Below are positions 38,099-49,453 of a stretch of DNA of 64,000 nt, piece by piece (the first letter of the stretch is position 1; each line of letters starts with the position of its first letter). Position numbers and translations under genes: made by a program. Source of the DNA: Thermoplasmatales archaeon SG8-52-3 (GTDB lineage Archaea; Thermoplasmatota; E2; DHVEG-1); the NCBI GenBank assembly GCA_001595915.1, contig LSSG01000032.1, positions 23,142 through 87,141 of the forward strand, in the 5' to 3' direction. The notes beneath the pieces are model-generated. The model worked only from the letters and a program-made list of their open reading frames with translations. It ran no database searches and was not told the origin of the DNA.

Positions 38099-39364
38099 AT
38101 GAAAAAGAATATAACTAGAATTTTTTTATCAATATTTCTTTTTATTTTACTATTAGGTATTGGATTTTCAAGCTCTATTGGAGAAGCATTTTCATATAAA
38201 TTAAATAAAACTGTTAATGGAAATATTCTTTATGTGGGTGGAACAGGTCCTGGTAACTATTCAGATATTCAAGAGGCAATAGATAATGCAGAGAATGGTG
38301 ACACAATTTTTGTGTATATTGGAGATTACCCTGCTGATATTGTAGTTGACAAATCTATAATACTTATTGGAGAAAATAGAGAAAAAACAATTATTCAGGA
38401 CGCAAGTGATGGAATATTTGTTTTTGCAGATAAAGTGACAATTACAAATTTCACAATTACACATTGTGGAGGTTTTTGGGATAAGGCTGGGATATTAATC
38501 CGCTCAAATGATAATACAATTTGCTATAATAATATTGTAAACAATGGAGTTTTGAATGGAATATATCTAGAATTTGCTTCTTTTAATAATGTTTTTAGCA
38601 ACCTAATAGAAAATTGTCAATACAATGGTATTAAACTTGCTTATTCAAATTATAATAATATCAGTGGAAATATGATATCAACAAACAATGGAATGGGGAT
38701 TATCTTTCATGATTCATCTAACAATAATATTTTATTAAATACCATATCGCAAAGCTATTGGGGTGGTATTCAGATTTATGATAATTCTAATAACAACTTA
38801 TTATACCATAATAATTTAATAGAAAATGAAATTGATAACGGATATGATATATGTGGTAATGTCTGGGATAATGGAGCAGAGGGAAACTACTGGGATGATT
38901 ACTCAGGAGTTGATAATGACGGTGATGGAATAGGTGATACTCCCTACATAATTGATGGTAACACAACCAATGATAATTATCCCTTAATGAACATATATGA
39001 AATACCTTCAACTCCAACAATAAATGGTCCAATAAACGGTAAAACTGATGAAATATATGATTACACCTTTTCTACAACTGATCCAAATAGTGATGATATT
39101 TTTTACTATATTGAATGGGGAGATAATTCAAATTCGGGTTGGATTGGTCCTTATCAGTCAGGCTCAGAAATAGAACTTCAACATTCTTGGTCTGAAAAGG
39201 GTACAAAATTAATAACTGCAAGAGCAAAGGATACTAATGGGTTATTAGGATTTTCAAATACAATTGAGGTCTATATACCAAAAAACAATGTAAATTATAA
39301 CTTATTATGCAAATGGTTTTTTGAAAGGTTTTTATTGTTCGAAAAATTATTATTGTTATTTTAA
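38099..39364 (+). CDS. Secreted NosD/CASH parallel beta-helix protein with PKD-like domain
   Basis: YVGGTGPGNYSDIQEAID, Asn-rich beta-helix repeats, GNYWDDY...DGDGIGD.PY and IEWGD. Confidence 0.85.
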   Translation: MKKNITRIFLSIFLFILLLGIGFSSSIGEAFSYKLNKTVNGNILYVGGTGPGNYSDIQEAIDNAENGDTIFVYIGDYPADIVVDKSIILIGENREKTIIQDASDGIFVFADKVTITNFTITHCGGFWDKAGILIRSNDNTICYNNIVNNGVLNGIYLEFASFNNVFSNLIENCQYNGIKLAYSNYNNISGNMISTNNGMGIIFHDSSNNNILLNTISQSYWGGIQIYDNSNNNLLYHNNLIENEIDNGYDICGNVWDNGAEGNYWDDYSGVDNDGDGIGDTPYIIDGNTTNDNYPLMNIYEIPSTPTINGPINGKTDEIYDYTFSTTDPNSDDIFYYIEWGDNSNSGWIGPYQSGSEIELQHSWSEKGTKLITARAKDTNGLLGFSNTIEVYIPKNNVNYNLLCKWFFERFLLFEKLLLLF

Positions 39365-39375
39365 AAAATATAATA

Positions 39376-40689
39376 TTAGTTTTCAATTCTTCTCTTATTT
39401 GTATAAGTCATACCTTGAAATGAAATAGAGGTAATTGTTATAAGTGGAAAAAGTCCTTTATTCACATTTCTTCCTATTATCCTTAAAATATTTGAAGGAT
39501 TATAAAATCCATTATACATCTTTTGTATACCATTCATCAAATCATCAGCTGTTAGATTTTTTGGCTTGTAAACAACATTTTTACCGTCATATTTGCTCCA
39601 ATCCTTAATTACAATTCGATTTTGTCTTTCATATTCATCAAATAATGGTGTCCCTGGAAATGGAGTTAATATATGAAACTCTGCTTTATCAATATCAGAT
39701 TTACAAATGAAATCAAGGGTACTATCAAAAATATCAGTTTTATCAGCATCAAAACCAAACATGAATGAACCTTCAACGTTCATACCAAAGTTATGAATTT
39801 TATTTATAACAGATAAATATTGTTCAGAAACATTTGTTTTTTTTCCAATTGAATCAAGAGACTTTTGAGATATTGAATCAAAACCTATTGTCCAAGAAAT
39901 GCAACCAGCCTCTTGTGCAAATCTTAAAAGTTCTTCATCCTTAAATAAAATATTTGCATTTCCATAACAATAAAACTTTTTACCTAAATCTTTCATATTT
40001 TTAAACAATTCTTTTGTATAATTAGTATTAATTGTTAAAGATGCATCACTAAAAAGTATATACTTTTGAGGAATTTTTTGAATTTCATTTATCACTTGAT
40101 CAATAGGTCTAACCCTAAACACTCTACGTCCGGGACTATGAGAAATCGCACAGAAGTTACAACCATGTGGACATCCTCTGGTAGCTTCTATTGCTACAGC
40201 AGAATTGATTCCTTTTTGCTTTATTCTTCCATTCCCATAATTTGGTAAAAGAGAAAGATCGACTGGTTTTTCTTGTCTATATATTTGTTTTAACTTATCT
40301 TCCTCAATATCTTTAAGTAACTGTGGCCAAAGCTCTTCAGCCTCCCCGATAACTATACTGTCAGCATGTTGTTTTGCTTCTTCTGGAAGAGCAGAAGGGT
40401 GCCAACCACCTAGAACAACCTTTTTTCCTCTTTTTCTAAAATTTTCAGATATCTCATATGCTTTTAGAGCTTGATTCGTCATTACAGATATCCCAATTAA
40501 ATCGTAGTTCTTTTCGTAATCAATATTTTCTAATCTTTCATCTATAATCTCAATCGAATTTTTTTCAGGAGTCATATTTGTAAGAGCCTTAAAAGCAGGA
40601 ATTATTGGATTTGAAAAAATACTAAAAAATTTAACAATAAATGAAGGTAAGGTCTTTACAGGATTTGGGTATATTAATAATATTTTCAT
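39376..40689 (-). CDS. B12-binding radical SAM protein
   Basis: N-terminal VLGGWHPS...GEAE domain, RGCPHGCNFC and TPFPGT. Confidence 0.9.
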   Translation of the reverse strand: MKILLIYPNPVKTLPSFIVKFFSIFSNPIIPAFKALTNMTPEKNSIEIIDERLENIDYEKNYDLIGISVMTNQALKAYEISENFRKRGKKVVLGGWHPSALPEEAKQHADSIVIGEAEELWPQLLKDIEEDKLKQIYRQEKPVDLSLLPNYGNGRIKQKGINSAVAIEATRGCPHGCNFCAISHSPGRRVFRVRPIDQVINEIQKIPQKYILFSDASLTINTNYTKELFKNMKDLGKKFYCYGNANILFKDEELLRFAQEAGCISWTIGFDSISQKSLDSIGKKTNVSEQYLSVINKIHNFGMNVEGSFMFGFDADKTDIFDSTLDFICKSDIDKAEFHILTPFPGTPLFDEYERQNRIVIKDWSKYDGKNVVYKPKNLTADDLMNGIQKMYNGFYNPSNILRIIGRNVNKGLFPLITITSISFQGMTYTNKRRIEN

Positions 40690-40819
40690 TTAACTTTCCG
40701 AAAATACACGCTCTATCTTAACTAATTTTCTACAATTCATTTAAATTTTTTATCTAATTTTAAAAAAAATTAAGGGGCGTTAATTTTATTATATACTTAA
40801 TGTTTATCTATAATTAATA

Positions 40820-42262
40820 TTGGGGAATTATATGTTTAATAAAATACAAAAAAGAATTTTGTTTACATTATTTACAGCCTCATTATTTATATTTAGTGTT
40901 GGTGCTAGTCCAACAGATAATGAGATGTCATTTGAAATAAATGGGCTTCAAGACCTTGACCCACTGGTCGATCTTGAAGTAACTGTGGAGATACAAGCAA
41001 TAAGATCTTTACAAAAATTTGAATATCCAAATCCAAAAACATTAGAGGCAATAGATTGGTTCAGCGATCCAGATTTTTTTGTTAAGGTCATAATTAATGA
41101 TCAAGAATTTGTAAGTGATATATGGTATGATACAAAATATATTTACAATCCTGATTTTTCCCCAACTCTTGATGTATCTGATGAGGAAGAGTTTGTTAAT
41201 ATAAAAATACAGTTGTATGATTGGAACGCTTTTGGTAATGTACTGTGTGACTTAAGTGCTAATGGTAAGGATGTAGAACTAACCTATAGCCTAAAAACAG
41301 GACATTGGTCTGGTGGAGACTTTCTAGAGGATTCGAGCGGATATGGTAGATTAAATGGATGTGCAGATGGTAGTATGTATAAACGTCAAAGAGATTGTGA
41401 ACTTTGGTTTAATATCTATCAAAATGATTTTGATGGGGATGGAATCCCTTACTGGACAGAGGTAAATGAATATGATACGGATCCATTGGTAGATAATACT
41501 GGTGAGGATTCAGATAAGGATGATGTTCCTATAGAATGGGAATGGAAATGGAATTATGATCCATTTAAGAAAGATAATCATTACTATTTAGACCCTGATG
41601 ATGATGGATTAGACAACCTAGAAGAGTATTTTGTCTCCAAATGGGGTTCTGATCCTTATAGAGCTGATGTTTTCATAGAGCTTGACTATATGGAGGAAAG
41701 TCCAGATGGTGTAAGCAGTGTTTTACCTGAGGGAGCAGATGAACTTCTCAGTACTGCATTTAATCGATTTGATAAGGTTTTCCATTTAGATGAGGGAGAA
41801 ATGGGTGGCGGTGGAGAAATAATACCATTTGATGATTATATTGGAGACCGTGATCTTGATAAGGTCTATGATGAGTATTTCCTTCATTATGATGATAATA
41901 ATTGGCGTAGAGGTGTTTTTAGATATAGTTTGATAATTTATGATCCAGGCAGAGCTGGATATAATTTTCGACGTGGTGCTTTTGTACTTAGTAGTAATCG
42001 TATAAAAGAAAAACCAACACCAGATATTCCAAGAACACGAGCTGTCGCATGGGCTAGTGTTTATATGCATGAGATGGGACATACATTTGATTTTCATAAC
42101 CCTGGAGTTGATAATCCAAACTTTTGGCAATATGTGAATTATAAAAGTTGTATGCTCTATCGCTATACATATAGACTAGTAGATTACTCTGATGGATCAC
42201 GTATAAATGATTTTAATGATTGGGAAGATATGGATCTTAAACATTTTCAAAGAGAATGGTAG
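40820..42262 (+). CDS. Secreted Zn-metallopeptidase-like protein with Ca-binding Asp-rich repeats
   Basis: Signal peptide, DFDGDG/DPDDDG repeats and HEMGH...SCM.Y. Confidence 0.7.
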   Translation: MGNYMFNKIQKRILFTLFTASLFIFSVGASPTDNEMSFEINGLQDLDPLVDLEVTVEIQAIRSLQKFEYPNPKTLEAIDWFSDPDFFVKVIINDQEFVSDIWYDTKYIYNPDFSPTLDVSDEEEFVNIKIQLYDWNAFGNVLCDLSANGKDVELTYSLKTGHWSGGDFLEDSSGYGRLNGCADGSMYKRQRDCELWFNIYQNDFDGDGIPYWTEVNEYDTDPLVDNTGEDSDKDDVPIEWEWKWNYDPFKKDNHYYLDPDDDGLDNLEEYFVSKWGSDPYRADVFIELDYMEESPDGVSSVLPEGADELLSTAFNRFDKVFHLDEGEMGGGGEIIPFDDYIGDRDLDKVYDEYFLHYDDNNWRRGVFRYSLIIYDPGRAGYNFRRGAFVLSSNRIKEKPTPDIPRTRAVAWASVYMHEMGHTFDFHNPGVDNPNFWQYVNYKSCMLYRYTYRLVDYSDGSRINDFNDWEDMDLKHFQREW

Positions 42263-42333
42263 ATAAAAAATTCATTCCACCAATATAAATAATTTTTTAA
42301 TTTTTTTTCAAAAAAAGGGGGAGGGGAGTAATG

Positions 42334-42732
42334 TTATTTTCTAATTCTATAGCATATCATAATTATAGTAATTAGGCTAGCAATTGCTAAAATTATTAAT
42401 ACCGGGTGTTTTTCAATATCATTACTCCCATCTCTATTTAATTGATTCCCTAAGATAACCAGAGAATCCTTATATTCCTCCTCGGTATCTTTGAAATCTT
42501 CTTCCAAATCAATGGAAGATGTAATTTTGTCCTCACCGCCTTCATCTTTCTCAAATTTATTTTTTAAATTTTTATTTTGTGTAACAATTAGTGGTGCTTC
42601 AATTCCTTCTTTATTATCAATTATGTCAGTTTTTGATAGACTATCTTCTCTTGCAGTAGCAATAATGACAGATGAATAAAAAATGATTAATATTAAAAAT
42701 AAAACTATGCTCTTTCTATTAAAATTTTTCAT
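42334..42732 (-). CDS. Small exported acidic protein with C-terminal TM and basic tail
   Basis: N-terminal signal, acidic middle and HPVLIILAIASLITIIMICYRIRK end. Confidence 0.65.
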   Translation of the reverse strand: MKNFNRKSIVLFLILIIFYSSVIIATAREDSLSKTDIIDNKEGIEAPLIVTQNKNLKNKFEKDEGGEDKITSSIDLEEDFKDTEEEYKDSLVILGNQLNRDGSNDIEKHPVLIILAIASLITIIMICYRIRK

Positions 42733-42832
42733 CTTGATTAAATATTTATACTTATTTATATACTGTTAGAAAATGTTTGGAAAAAACCAAACAATTTTAC
42801 TTATAAGTATGTATATATTATTGATTTGAGAT

Positions 42833-43840
42833 ATGATTACTTGGAAATCATTTTTGAAAAATGATTCAATAAATTGGTTATTGGAAAATAACAACCCTTC
42901 TGTTAGATATTTAACTTTAATGGATATTCTTAATAAATCTAATAAAAATTCTGAGGTTATTGAATCAAAAAAGAAAATAATGGAATCAGGATTGATTCAA
43001 AAAATTCTCTCAAAACAAAATTCTAAAGGTTATTGGTTCGAACCTGAAAATTTCTATATTAAAAGAAAATATAAGGGGACAGTTTGGAACTTAATAATAT
43101 TGGCTGAAATAGGTGCCGATGGAAATGATAAAAGAATAAAAAAAGCTTGTGAGTTTATTTTAAATAATTCTCAAAATAAAGAAAGTGGAGGATTTGCGTA
43201 TAGTGCTTTAAAAAGTGGAGGTGGAGCAGATTCAAAAGTGTTACCATGTTTATCAGGAAATATGGTATGGTCCTTAATCTGTTTTGGTTATATTGATGAT
43301 TTTAGAGTTCAAAAGGGGATTGAATGGATAACAAATTATCAAAGGTTTGATGATGGTATACAAGAATTACCTGAGAATTGGCCTTATAAAAAACATATAA
43401 ATTGTTTTGGAAAGCATTCTTGTCATATGGGAGTAGTTAAATCATTGAAAGCACTAGCAGAAATTCCTGAAGAAAAAAGATCAAAAATTGTCAAAATAAC
43501 AATTAAAAATGGTGTCGAATATTTACTAAAACATCATATTTACAAAAAAAGTCATGACTTAAATAAAGTCTCAAAACCTAGTTGGTTACAACTTAGTTTT
43601 CCACATATGTATCAAACAGACATATTAGAAATACTTGATATTTTAACTAGACTTTGGAATAAAGACAGACGGATGCAAGATGCAATTGATATTTTAATAT
43701 CAAAACAAAATGAAAATGGAACCTGGAATCTTGAAAGAACCTTTAATGGTCGTTTTATAACAAATATTGAAACTAAAGGAAAACCGAGTAAATGGATAAC
43801 TTTGAACGCTCTAAGGGTTTTGAAAAGGTATTATATCTAA
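42833..43840 (+). CDS. Prenyltransferase/squalene-cyclase-like alpha-barrel repeat protein
   Basis: WLLE..NPSVRY and repeated QxxxG[WF] (QNSKGYW, QNENGTW); SKWIT. Confidence 0.75.
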   Translation: MITWKSFLKNDSINWLLENNNPSVRYLTLMDILNKSNKNSEVIESKKKIMESGLIQKILSKQNSKGYWFEPENFYIKRKYKGTVWNLIILAEIGADGNDKRIKKACEFILNNSQNKESGGFAYSALKSGGGADSKVLPCLSGNMVWSLICFGYIDDFRVQKGIEWITNYQRFDDGIQELPENWPYKKHINCFGKHSCHMGVVKSLKALAEIPEEKRSKIVKITIKNGVEYLLKHHIYKKSHDLNKVSKPSWLQLSFPHMYQTDILEILDILTRLWNKDRRMQDAIDILISKQNENGTWNLERTFNGRFITNIETKGKPSKWITLNALRVLKRYYI

Positions 43841-43922
43841 TTTCTTAACAATTGTAAATTATTTATATTAGAAAGTAATTATTGTATTTAAATAAGAATA
43901 TATTTATCGAAATATAAGGGAG

Positions 43923-44801
43923 GTGAAACATATGAAGAAAATCTTACTGGGTAGTATTATAGCATTAATGGTATTAATTCCAGTTGTAAGTGCTATAGAT
44001 GTCTCAATTGAAAATAAAACTGAAAAACCAATATCTATAATGCAGGATTTCACACATACTGTTTTTGTAGAATATGGATCTTTGACAACCTGTCCACCTT
44101 GTGTAACAGCATCTGCTCAATTATATAGTATTTATAATTCTGGTGATCTCGATTTTCATTATGCTACATTGGTTTGGGATGTTGCTAATGGAAATGTTCG
44201 TAGTAGACTCACAGAATTAGAAGTTGTTGGTGTACCAGATGTATTTTTTGATGGTGGATATAAGAGAATAATTGGTGGTCAAGGATCTGAAGCACCATAT
44301 AGAGGCGCAATTACACTAGCAGGAGAAAGAGAAGTCCCAGATATTGACATAGCATTAGATGTAACCTGGCTTGGTGGCGGAAAACTTAAAATCGAAGCGA
44401 CTGTCACAAACAATGAAGTTGAAGAGTTTAATGGTAATATTAGAACATATGTAGTTGAAAAAGAATCCAGGTGGAATGATTATTCTGGTAAACCATATCA
44501 TTATGCAGCTTTAGATATTCCAATAGATAAGAGTTTAGCAGTTGTTAACACTGAAGCCAAACCTCTTGGTGAATCTTATACATTTTCTAAAACCTGGAGA
44601 GGTTCAATTTATGGTTTTGGGGATATCACACAAGATAATACAATGGTAATAGTTGCAGTTTATGATAAGGAATCAGATTATGTTGTTCAAACAGCTGCAG
44701 CAAATCCAACCGGTAAAATTGGAAATTATAGACCAATAAATATTTTGTTTTATAAGATATTTGAACGATTTCAAGTACTAGAACAAATCCTAAACCTATA
44801 A
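43923..44801 (+). CDS. Secreted thioredoxin-fold (Omp28-like) protein
   Basis: Signal peptide, TTCPPC, GVPDVFFDGG and an Ig-like C-terminal half. Confidence 0.7.
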   Translation: MKHMKKILLGSIIALMVLIPVVSAIDVSIENKTEKPISIMQDFTHTVFVEYGSLTTCPPCVTASAQLYSIYNSGDLDFHYATLVWDVANGNVRSRLTELEVVGVPDVFFDGGYKRIIGGQGSEAPYRGAITLAGEREVPDIDIALDVTWLGGGKLKIEATVTNNEVEEFNGNIRTYVVEKESRWNDYSGKPYHYAALDIPIDKSLAVVNTEAKPLGESYTFSKTWRGSIYGFGDITQDNTMVIVAVYDKESDYVVQTAAANPTGKIGNYRPINILFYKIFERFQVLEQILNL

Positions 44802-44883
44802 TTAAAATCTAAAACTTTTTTTTTTTTATTTCTTTTTTTATTTCACATATCTTTTTAATTTTAAAGCTATTATCTCCTACGAA

Positions 44884-45585
44884 ATGATAATAGTCAATAA
44901 CGTTACAAAATCTTATGGTAAAATAATTGCACTAAAAAATGTAAATTTGAAATTTGAGGATTCACATGTAATTGCAATAATGGGCGAAAATGGGGCAGGA
45001 AAAACAACACTATTAAAACTATGTACAGGAATTTTACCGTTTGATAGCGGGGAAATCACTGTTGATGGTTATAATATCATTAATGATTCAATAAAAGCTA
45101 AGGAACAAATTGGATATCTCCCAGAAATGCCTTACATGTATGAAAGACTTACAGGTAGAGAGTTTCTTTTTTATATTGCTTCTCTTAGAAAAATTAAGGA
45201 TTCAGAAGAAAAAATAGATGAAATCACTAAAATGATTGGAATACATGATTTTCTTGATTATGAAATAGGCAGCTATTCAAAGGGTATGAAACAAAAGATA
45301 TCAGTAACATCTGCAATAATGCATAACCCAAAAAATCTATTATTAGATGAACCTGTCTACGGTCTTGATCCTTTAACATCAAGAGCAATTCAAAATTTTA
45401 TTAGAAATAAAAAAGGTAGTACGATAATTGCGACTCACTCATCGCAGTTAGTAGAACAAATTGCTGATCATGTTTATATAATAATGAGAGGTAAAGTTAT
45501 ATTATTTGATAAAGTTACAAGCATCTTAAAAAAACATGGTAGTGTCGAAGAAGCATATTTTCATATAAAGGATGAAAATGTTTGA
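44884..45585 (+). CDS. ABC transporter ATP-binding subunit
   Basis: GENGAGKT, YSKGM and LDEP motifs. Confidence 0.93.
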   Translation: MIIVNNVTKSYGKIIALKNVNLKFEDSHVIAIMGENGAGKTTLLKLCTGILPFDSGEITVDGYNIINDSIKAKEQIGYLPEMPYMYERLTGREFLFYIASLRKIKDSEEKIDEITKMIGIHDFLDYEIGSYSKGMKQKISVTSAIMHNPKNLLLDEPVYGLDPLTSRAIQNFIRNKKGSTIIATHSSQLVEQIADHVYIIMRGKVILFDKVTSILKKHGSVEEAYFHIKDENV

Positions 45586-46960
45586 AACAACTAAAGTAAT
45601 ACTTACAGAAAATTCAAGAAGTCTAAAAAATAAAATGCGAGAAGCACCAATTCTTTATTTGTTATTTTCGGCAATGATTATTTTTTCGATTTTCATTTTT
45701 GCATACGCTACTTTTTTCTTCATAAACATAGATATAAATCTAAATATCAGTCTGGAAGATGTTTTTTTTACAGTTTTTTTTATGTTTTTATTAAAAACAG
45801 TAGCTGATTTTTATAACAATTTTATAAAGGCATCCCAGCTTTCATATTCACTTTCTACAAATGTTAAACAAACAAAGACTATTACTGAAGTTTTTATTGC
45901 AATTCTTCTAATTCAAATTACTATTTGGTTTTCATTTTCTATTTTATTTTTAATAGCTCTTGCAAGTTTTGGTGTAAATGTTATCTACGTATTTGAATAC
46001 ACAATTTTTACAATAGGAGTAATTGTAGCTGTCTGTTTAGGATGTGCAATCTCTATAAATTTTTTCTCACCTAAAAAATATAGACTTCTACCAATGTTAA
46101 TTTTATTAGGATTTTATTTTCAAATAAGAGAACCGCTTTATGTAATATTTACTCTCCCCTTAACCATAATTCATGTAACCTGGAGTATTAAAAACAGTAT
46201 GGAATCTCATCTTTATAGCACCAGAAAAGAAAGATTAAAAGACAAAACTCAGATAAAAATCCGTAACACTATAAAGACAATTTTTCATCGAGAAACAACA
46301 GTCCTATGGCGTGATAAACTATTATATAGTTTTGTTTTTACTTCTGTTTCAACTGGTATATTTAGTGGTTATCTTTTTTTATATGGTGATGAAATCCTAA
46401 TACCAGAAGCACTTAGAAATCAAATTGGTGGTCTTTTGCCATCAATGTTTCTGTTTCTTGGTATTTATGTTGTGATTATGTATACTGGCGTATTTCCTTC
46501 TTTGAATCTTTTTTTAAATGAAGAAAAAACAATGTGGATATTAAGACATATTCCTGTAAGAAACGATAAAATAATATTTGGTAAGGTATCCTCACTTTCT
46601 TTGTGTTTTCTTACTGCTATTCCATTTATACCATATATCACAATATTTACAGGAATTGAAAAAATCGGTTTCCTTATCTTTTTTCTGATTTTTTCCTATA
46701 TTGCAGGAATAATAATCTCTGTACCTTTGGGTGTTAAATATGTTGGAAAAAAGTCAGATATTATGTTGCTATATAGTGTATCCATGATACTTTTTGTAAT
46801 TCTTAGTTTTGCATCAGTTATTGTAAATATGATAGAACGATTATTTCCATATCCAATTATTTTATATATTTTGATTATTCTTTGTGAATTATTATTGCTT
46901 TATGCTTCTATAAAAATATCCTCACAAATATTATCATTGAAATACAAATCAGCTAGTTAG
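45572..46960 (+). CDS. Multi-TM ABC exporter permease
   Basis: Highly hydrophobic, with E...WILRHIPV...GK motif; overlaps the ATPase gene. Confidence 0.75.
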   Translation: MKMFETTKVILTENSRSLKNKMREAPILYLLFSAMIIFSIFIFAYATFFFINIDINLNISLEDVFFTVFFMFLLKTVADFYNNFIKASQLSYSLSTNVKQTKTITEVFIAILLIQITIWFSFSILFLIALASFGVNVIYVFEYTIFTIGVIVAVCLGCAISINFFSPKKYRLLPMLILLGFYFQIREPLYVIFTLPLTIIHVTWSIKNSMESHLYSTRKERLKDKTQIKIRNTIKTIFHRETTVLWRDKLLYSFVFTSVSTGIFSGYLFLYGDEILIPEALRNQIGGLLPSMFLFLGIYVVIMYTGVFPSLNLFLNEEKTMWILRHIPVRNDKIIFGKVSSLSLCFLTAIPFIPYITIFTGIEKIGFLIFFLIFSYIAGIIISVPLGVKYVGKKSDIMLLYSVSMILFVILSFASVIVNMIERLFPYPIILYILIILCELLLLYASIKISSQILSLKYKSAS

Positions 46961-47992
46961 AATTCCCAACTTCTTCATATTTTGAAGATTATCAGAATGT
47001 TTTTCAAAGTATTTGTGAACTGGTTCAAGTATCTTGTTAATATAATTTGATGCAGCATTTTTTAAATCAAGAGGATGAAGATCAAATGAATATGCTTTTT
47101 CAAGTTCAAAATATGTATCAAATTCAAGATTTCCTCCAAACTTTTCAGGTCTATTAATTAAAAATTTTTCACCTTTAAGTTCAGGAAAAATTACAAACTT
47201 ACATATCTCAAGAATAGGGTTGTCTTCAACCTGTTTTTCTGGGCAGAATGCTTTACTTATTTTTCTTTTCACTGTATCTGGCTCGTCGTGAATTGATATC
47301 ATGGAATCAGGTTTACTCTTGCTCATCTTAACTTCTAATGGATTCATTCTTCCCCCTGCTTGTAAACCAGTCAGTAGAGGAGTATGTATTGCAACGGGGG
47401 GTTTTCTACCAATTTTTTTAGAAACATCTCGGGCGAGCATATGAGCATGTCTTTGGTCCATACCTCCATATGCAACATCTATATTAAGATAAAATATATC
47501 AGACACCTGCATTGCAGGATAAAACAATTTAGATAAATCCTTATCTGCTTCTTTTTCATCTCTGCCCATAATATCCATTGCTCTTTTAACGCGGGCAATA
47601 GAGGTGGCTTTCGAGGTCCTTAAAACTAATTCCCAATATTTCGGGTCACCGACATAATCACTTGCATAGACAAATTTCACCTTTTCTTTTTCAATACCCA
47701 TTGCAGCAAAACAATCTTCCATGTATTTTCCACATAACTTTATCTTATCAATATCTCCACCCAGCTTATCATTTATATATGCATGCCAATCTGCTAAAAG
47801 AATAATAAAATCAAAACCACATTCGAGGAAATCCTTTATTTTATTTGAACAAATTTTCCATCCAAGATGAACTGTACCAGAGGGCTCAAAACCAATGTAA
47901 GCTTTTGGTTTATCTTTATCAATAATTGAATTCAGTTCTTCAATAGTTACAATTTCTTGTGAGTTTGCTGTTAGATTATCTAATTTATTCAT
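46949..47992 (-). CDS. tyrS: Tyrosine--tRNA ligase (archaeal type)
   Basis: YIGFEPSG..HLG, YPAMQ..D, GGMDQ and KMSKS motifs. Confidence 0.96.
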   Translation of the reverse strand: MNKLDNLTANSQEIVTIEELNSIIDKDKPKAYIGFEPSGTVHLGWKICSNKIKDFLECGFDFIILLADWHAYINDKLGGDIDKIKLCGKYMEDCFAAMGIEKEKVKFVYASDYVGDPKYWELVLRTSKATSIARVKRAMDIMGRDEKEADKDLSKLFYPAMQVSDIFYLNIDVAYGGMDQRHAHMLARDVSKKIGRKPPVAIHTPLLTGLQAGGRMNPLEVKMSKSKPDSMISIHDEPDTVKRKISKAFCPEKQVEDNPILEICKFVIFPELKGEKFLINRPEKFGGNLEFDTYFELEKAYSFDLHPLDLKNAASNYINKILEPVHKYFEKHSDNLQNMKKLGILTS

Positions 47993-47997
47993 ATTAT

Positions 47998-49356
47998 CTA
48001 TCTCTCAAGTCTTTTAATAACCCTATCAATAATTTTTTCAGTTGCTCCAAGATAGTTCTCAGGTTTTAGTGAATAATCTATTTCTTTTTCGGTGAGAATT
48101 TTTATTTTCTTATTTTCCTCAATAAAAATTTCCTTTAATGATTTATTTTCAGAAGCAGCTTTTAATGATATCTTTCTCATAAGCTCATGTGCGTCACCAC
48201 GACCTAAACCTTTTTCAATTAAAGTTGTCATTAGTGATTCAGCCATTGGTAATCCTTTAGAAATATCAAGATTTTTTTTCATCCTATCTGGAAAAACTTT
48301 TAGATTTGTGAATACAATGTTCATCTGAAACAAAATCCAATCAGTTAGAATTATAGAATGTGGAATAATGAAACGTTCTGATGATGAATTACAAAGGTCA
48401 CGTTCATGCCATTGTATAGAATTTTCATAAGTCGGGATAATAAATCCTCTAATTATTCTTGCAAGACCACAGATTTGTTCACATGTTATTGGATTTTTTT
48501 TATGAGGCATTGTTGAAGATCCAACTTGTTTTTTTGCTTCAAATGCTTCTGCAACTTCACCTATTTCATCTCTTTGTAAATTCCGAACCTCTGTTGCATA
48601 TTTTTCAATACTTGTTGAAATATTACATAAAACTCCTAATAATTCATTATAACGATCACGGCAAACAATTTGAGTTGCTACATCTTCTATTCCAAGTTTT
48701 AGCTCTTTAAGCATTTCCTCTTGTAGCTTAAATGCATTTTTCCCAAGAGCTGCACCAGTTCCTACAGCGCCTGATAATTTTCCAATTAAAAGTCTACTCT
48801 TTGATTCAAATAATCTTTCCATATGCCTCTCAATTTCCATTGCATAACCTGCCATTTTGAGACCGAAGGTTATTGGAATTGTATGTTGACCATGAGTTCT
48901 ACCAACCATTACTGTTTTTTTATATTTCTTTGCAAGGTTTAAAAGAGTGTTACGAAGATCTTTTAGACCTTTTCTAATGTACTCTGTAGATTCTGCAATT
49001 TGTAGGGCATTTGCAGTATCTACGATATCATAGCTTGTTGCTCCAAGATGAATGTACTTTCCAGCATCTCCAGAGCATACTTCAGCAAGAGCGCGGGTAA
49101 CAGCCATTATATCATGTTTAGTTTCTGCTTCAATTTTTTTTACCCTTTCGACTTTTACATATTTTACAGAAGCCTTTTTTGTTATTTCTTCAGCTGCATT
49201 TTTTGGAATATTACCAACTTTGGCATGAGCTCTAGCAAGTGCGGCTTCAACTTCCAGTAAATATTCAAGTCGGCGTTTCTCACCAAATATTTCTGTTAAC
49301 TCTTTTCTACCATAGCGGTAATCGAGGGGACATATTGGATCATCCATGATTTTCAC
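47998..49356 (-). CDS. purB: Adenylosuccinate lyase
   Basis: HLGATS, GRTHGQH and GSSTMPHKKNP motifs. Confidence 0.96.
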   Translation of the reverse strand: MKIMDDPICPLDYRYGRKELTEIFGEKRRLEYLLEVEAALARAHAKVGNIPKNAAEEITKKASVKYVKVERVKKIEAETKHDIMAVTRALAEVCSGDAGKYIHLGATSYDIVDTANALQIAESTEYIRKGLKDLRNTLLNLAKKYKKTVMVGRTHGQHTIPITFGLKMAGYAMEIERHMERLFESKSRLLIGKLSGAVGTGAALGKNAFKLQEEMLKELKLGIEDVATQIVCRDRYNELLGVLCNISTSIEKYATEVRNLQRDEIGEVAEAFEAKKQVGSSTMPHKKNPITCEQICGLARIIRGFIIPTYENSIQWHERDLCNSSSERFIIPHSIILTDWILFQMNIVFTNLKVFPDRMKKNLDISKGLPMAESLMTTLIEKGLGRGDAHELMRKISLKAASENKSLKEIFIEENKKIKILTEKEIDYSLKPENYLGATEKIIDRVIKRLER

Positions 49357-49453
49357 AATCCGAGAATCCTTTTTTGCTTAATGTTTTTTTCTAAATGGAT
49401 TGAGTTTATAAATAAAAAGATATTATCTTAATGTAAATGCAGAGGGAGAGTAA

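Noticed and set aside
42833..43840. True squalene-hopene cyclase
   Set aside because: Only 335 aa with no DXDD motif; kept as a generic alpha-barrel repeat protein.
44816..44843. Long poly-T tract as a repeat element
   Set aside because: Follows a stop codon and fits an ordinary archaeal T-rich terminator.
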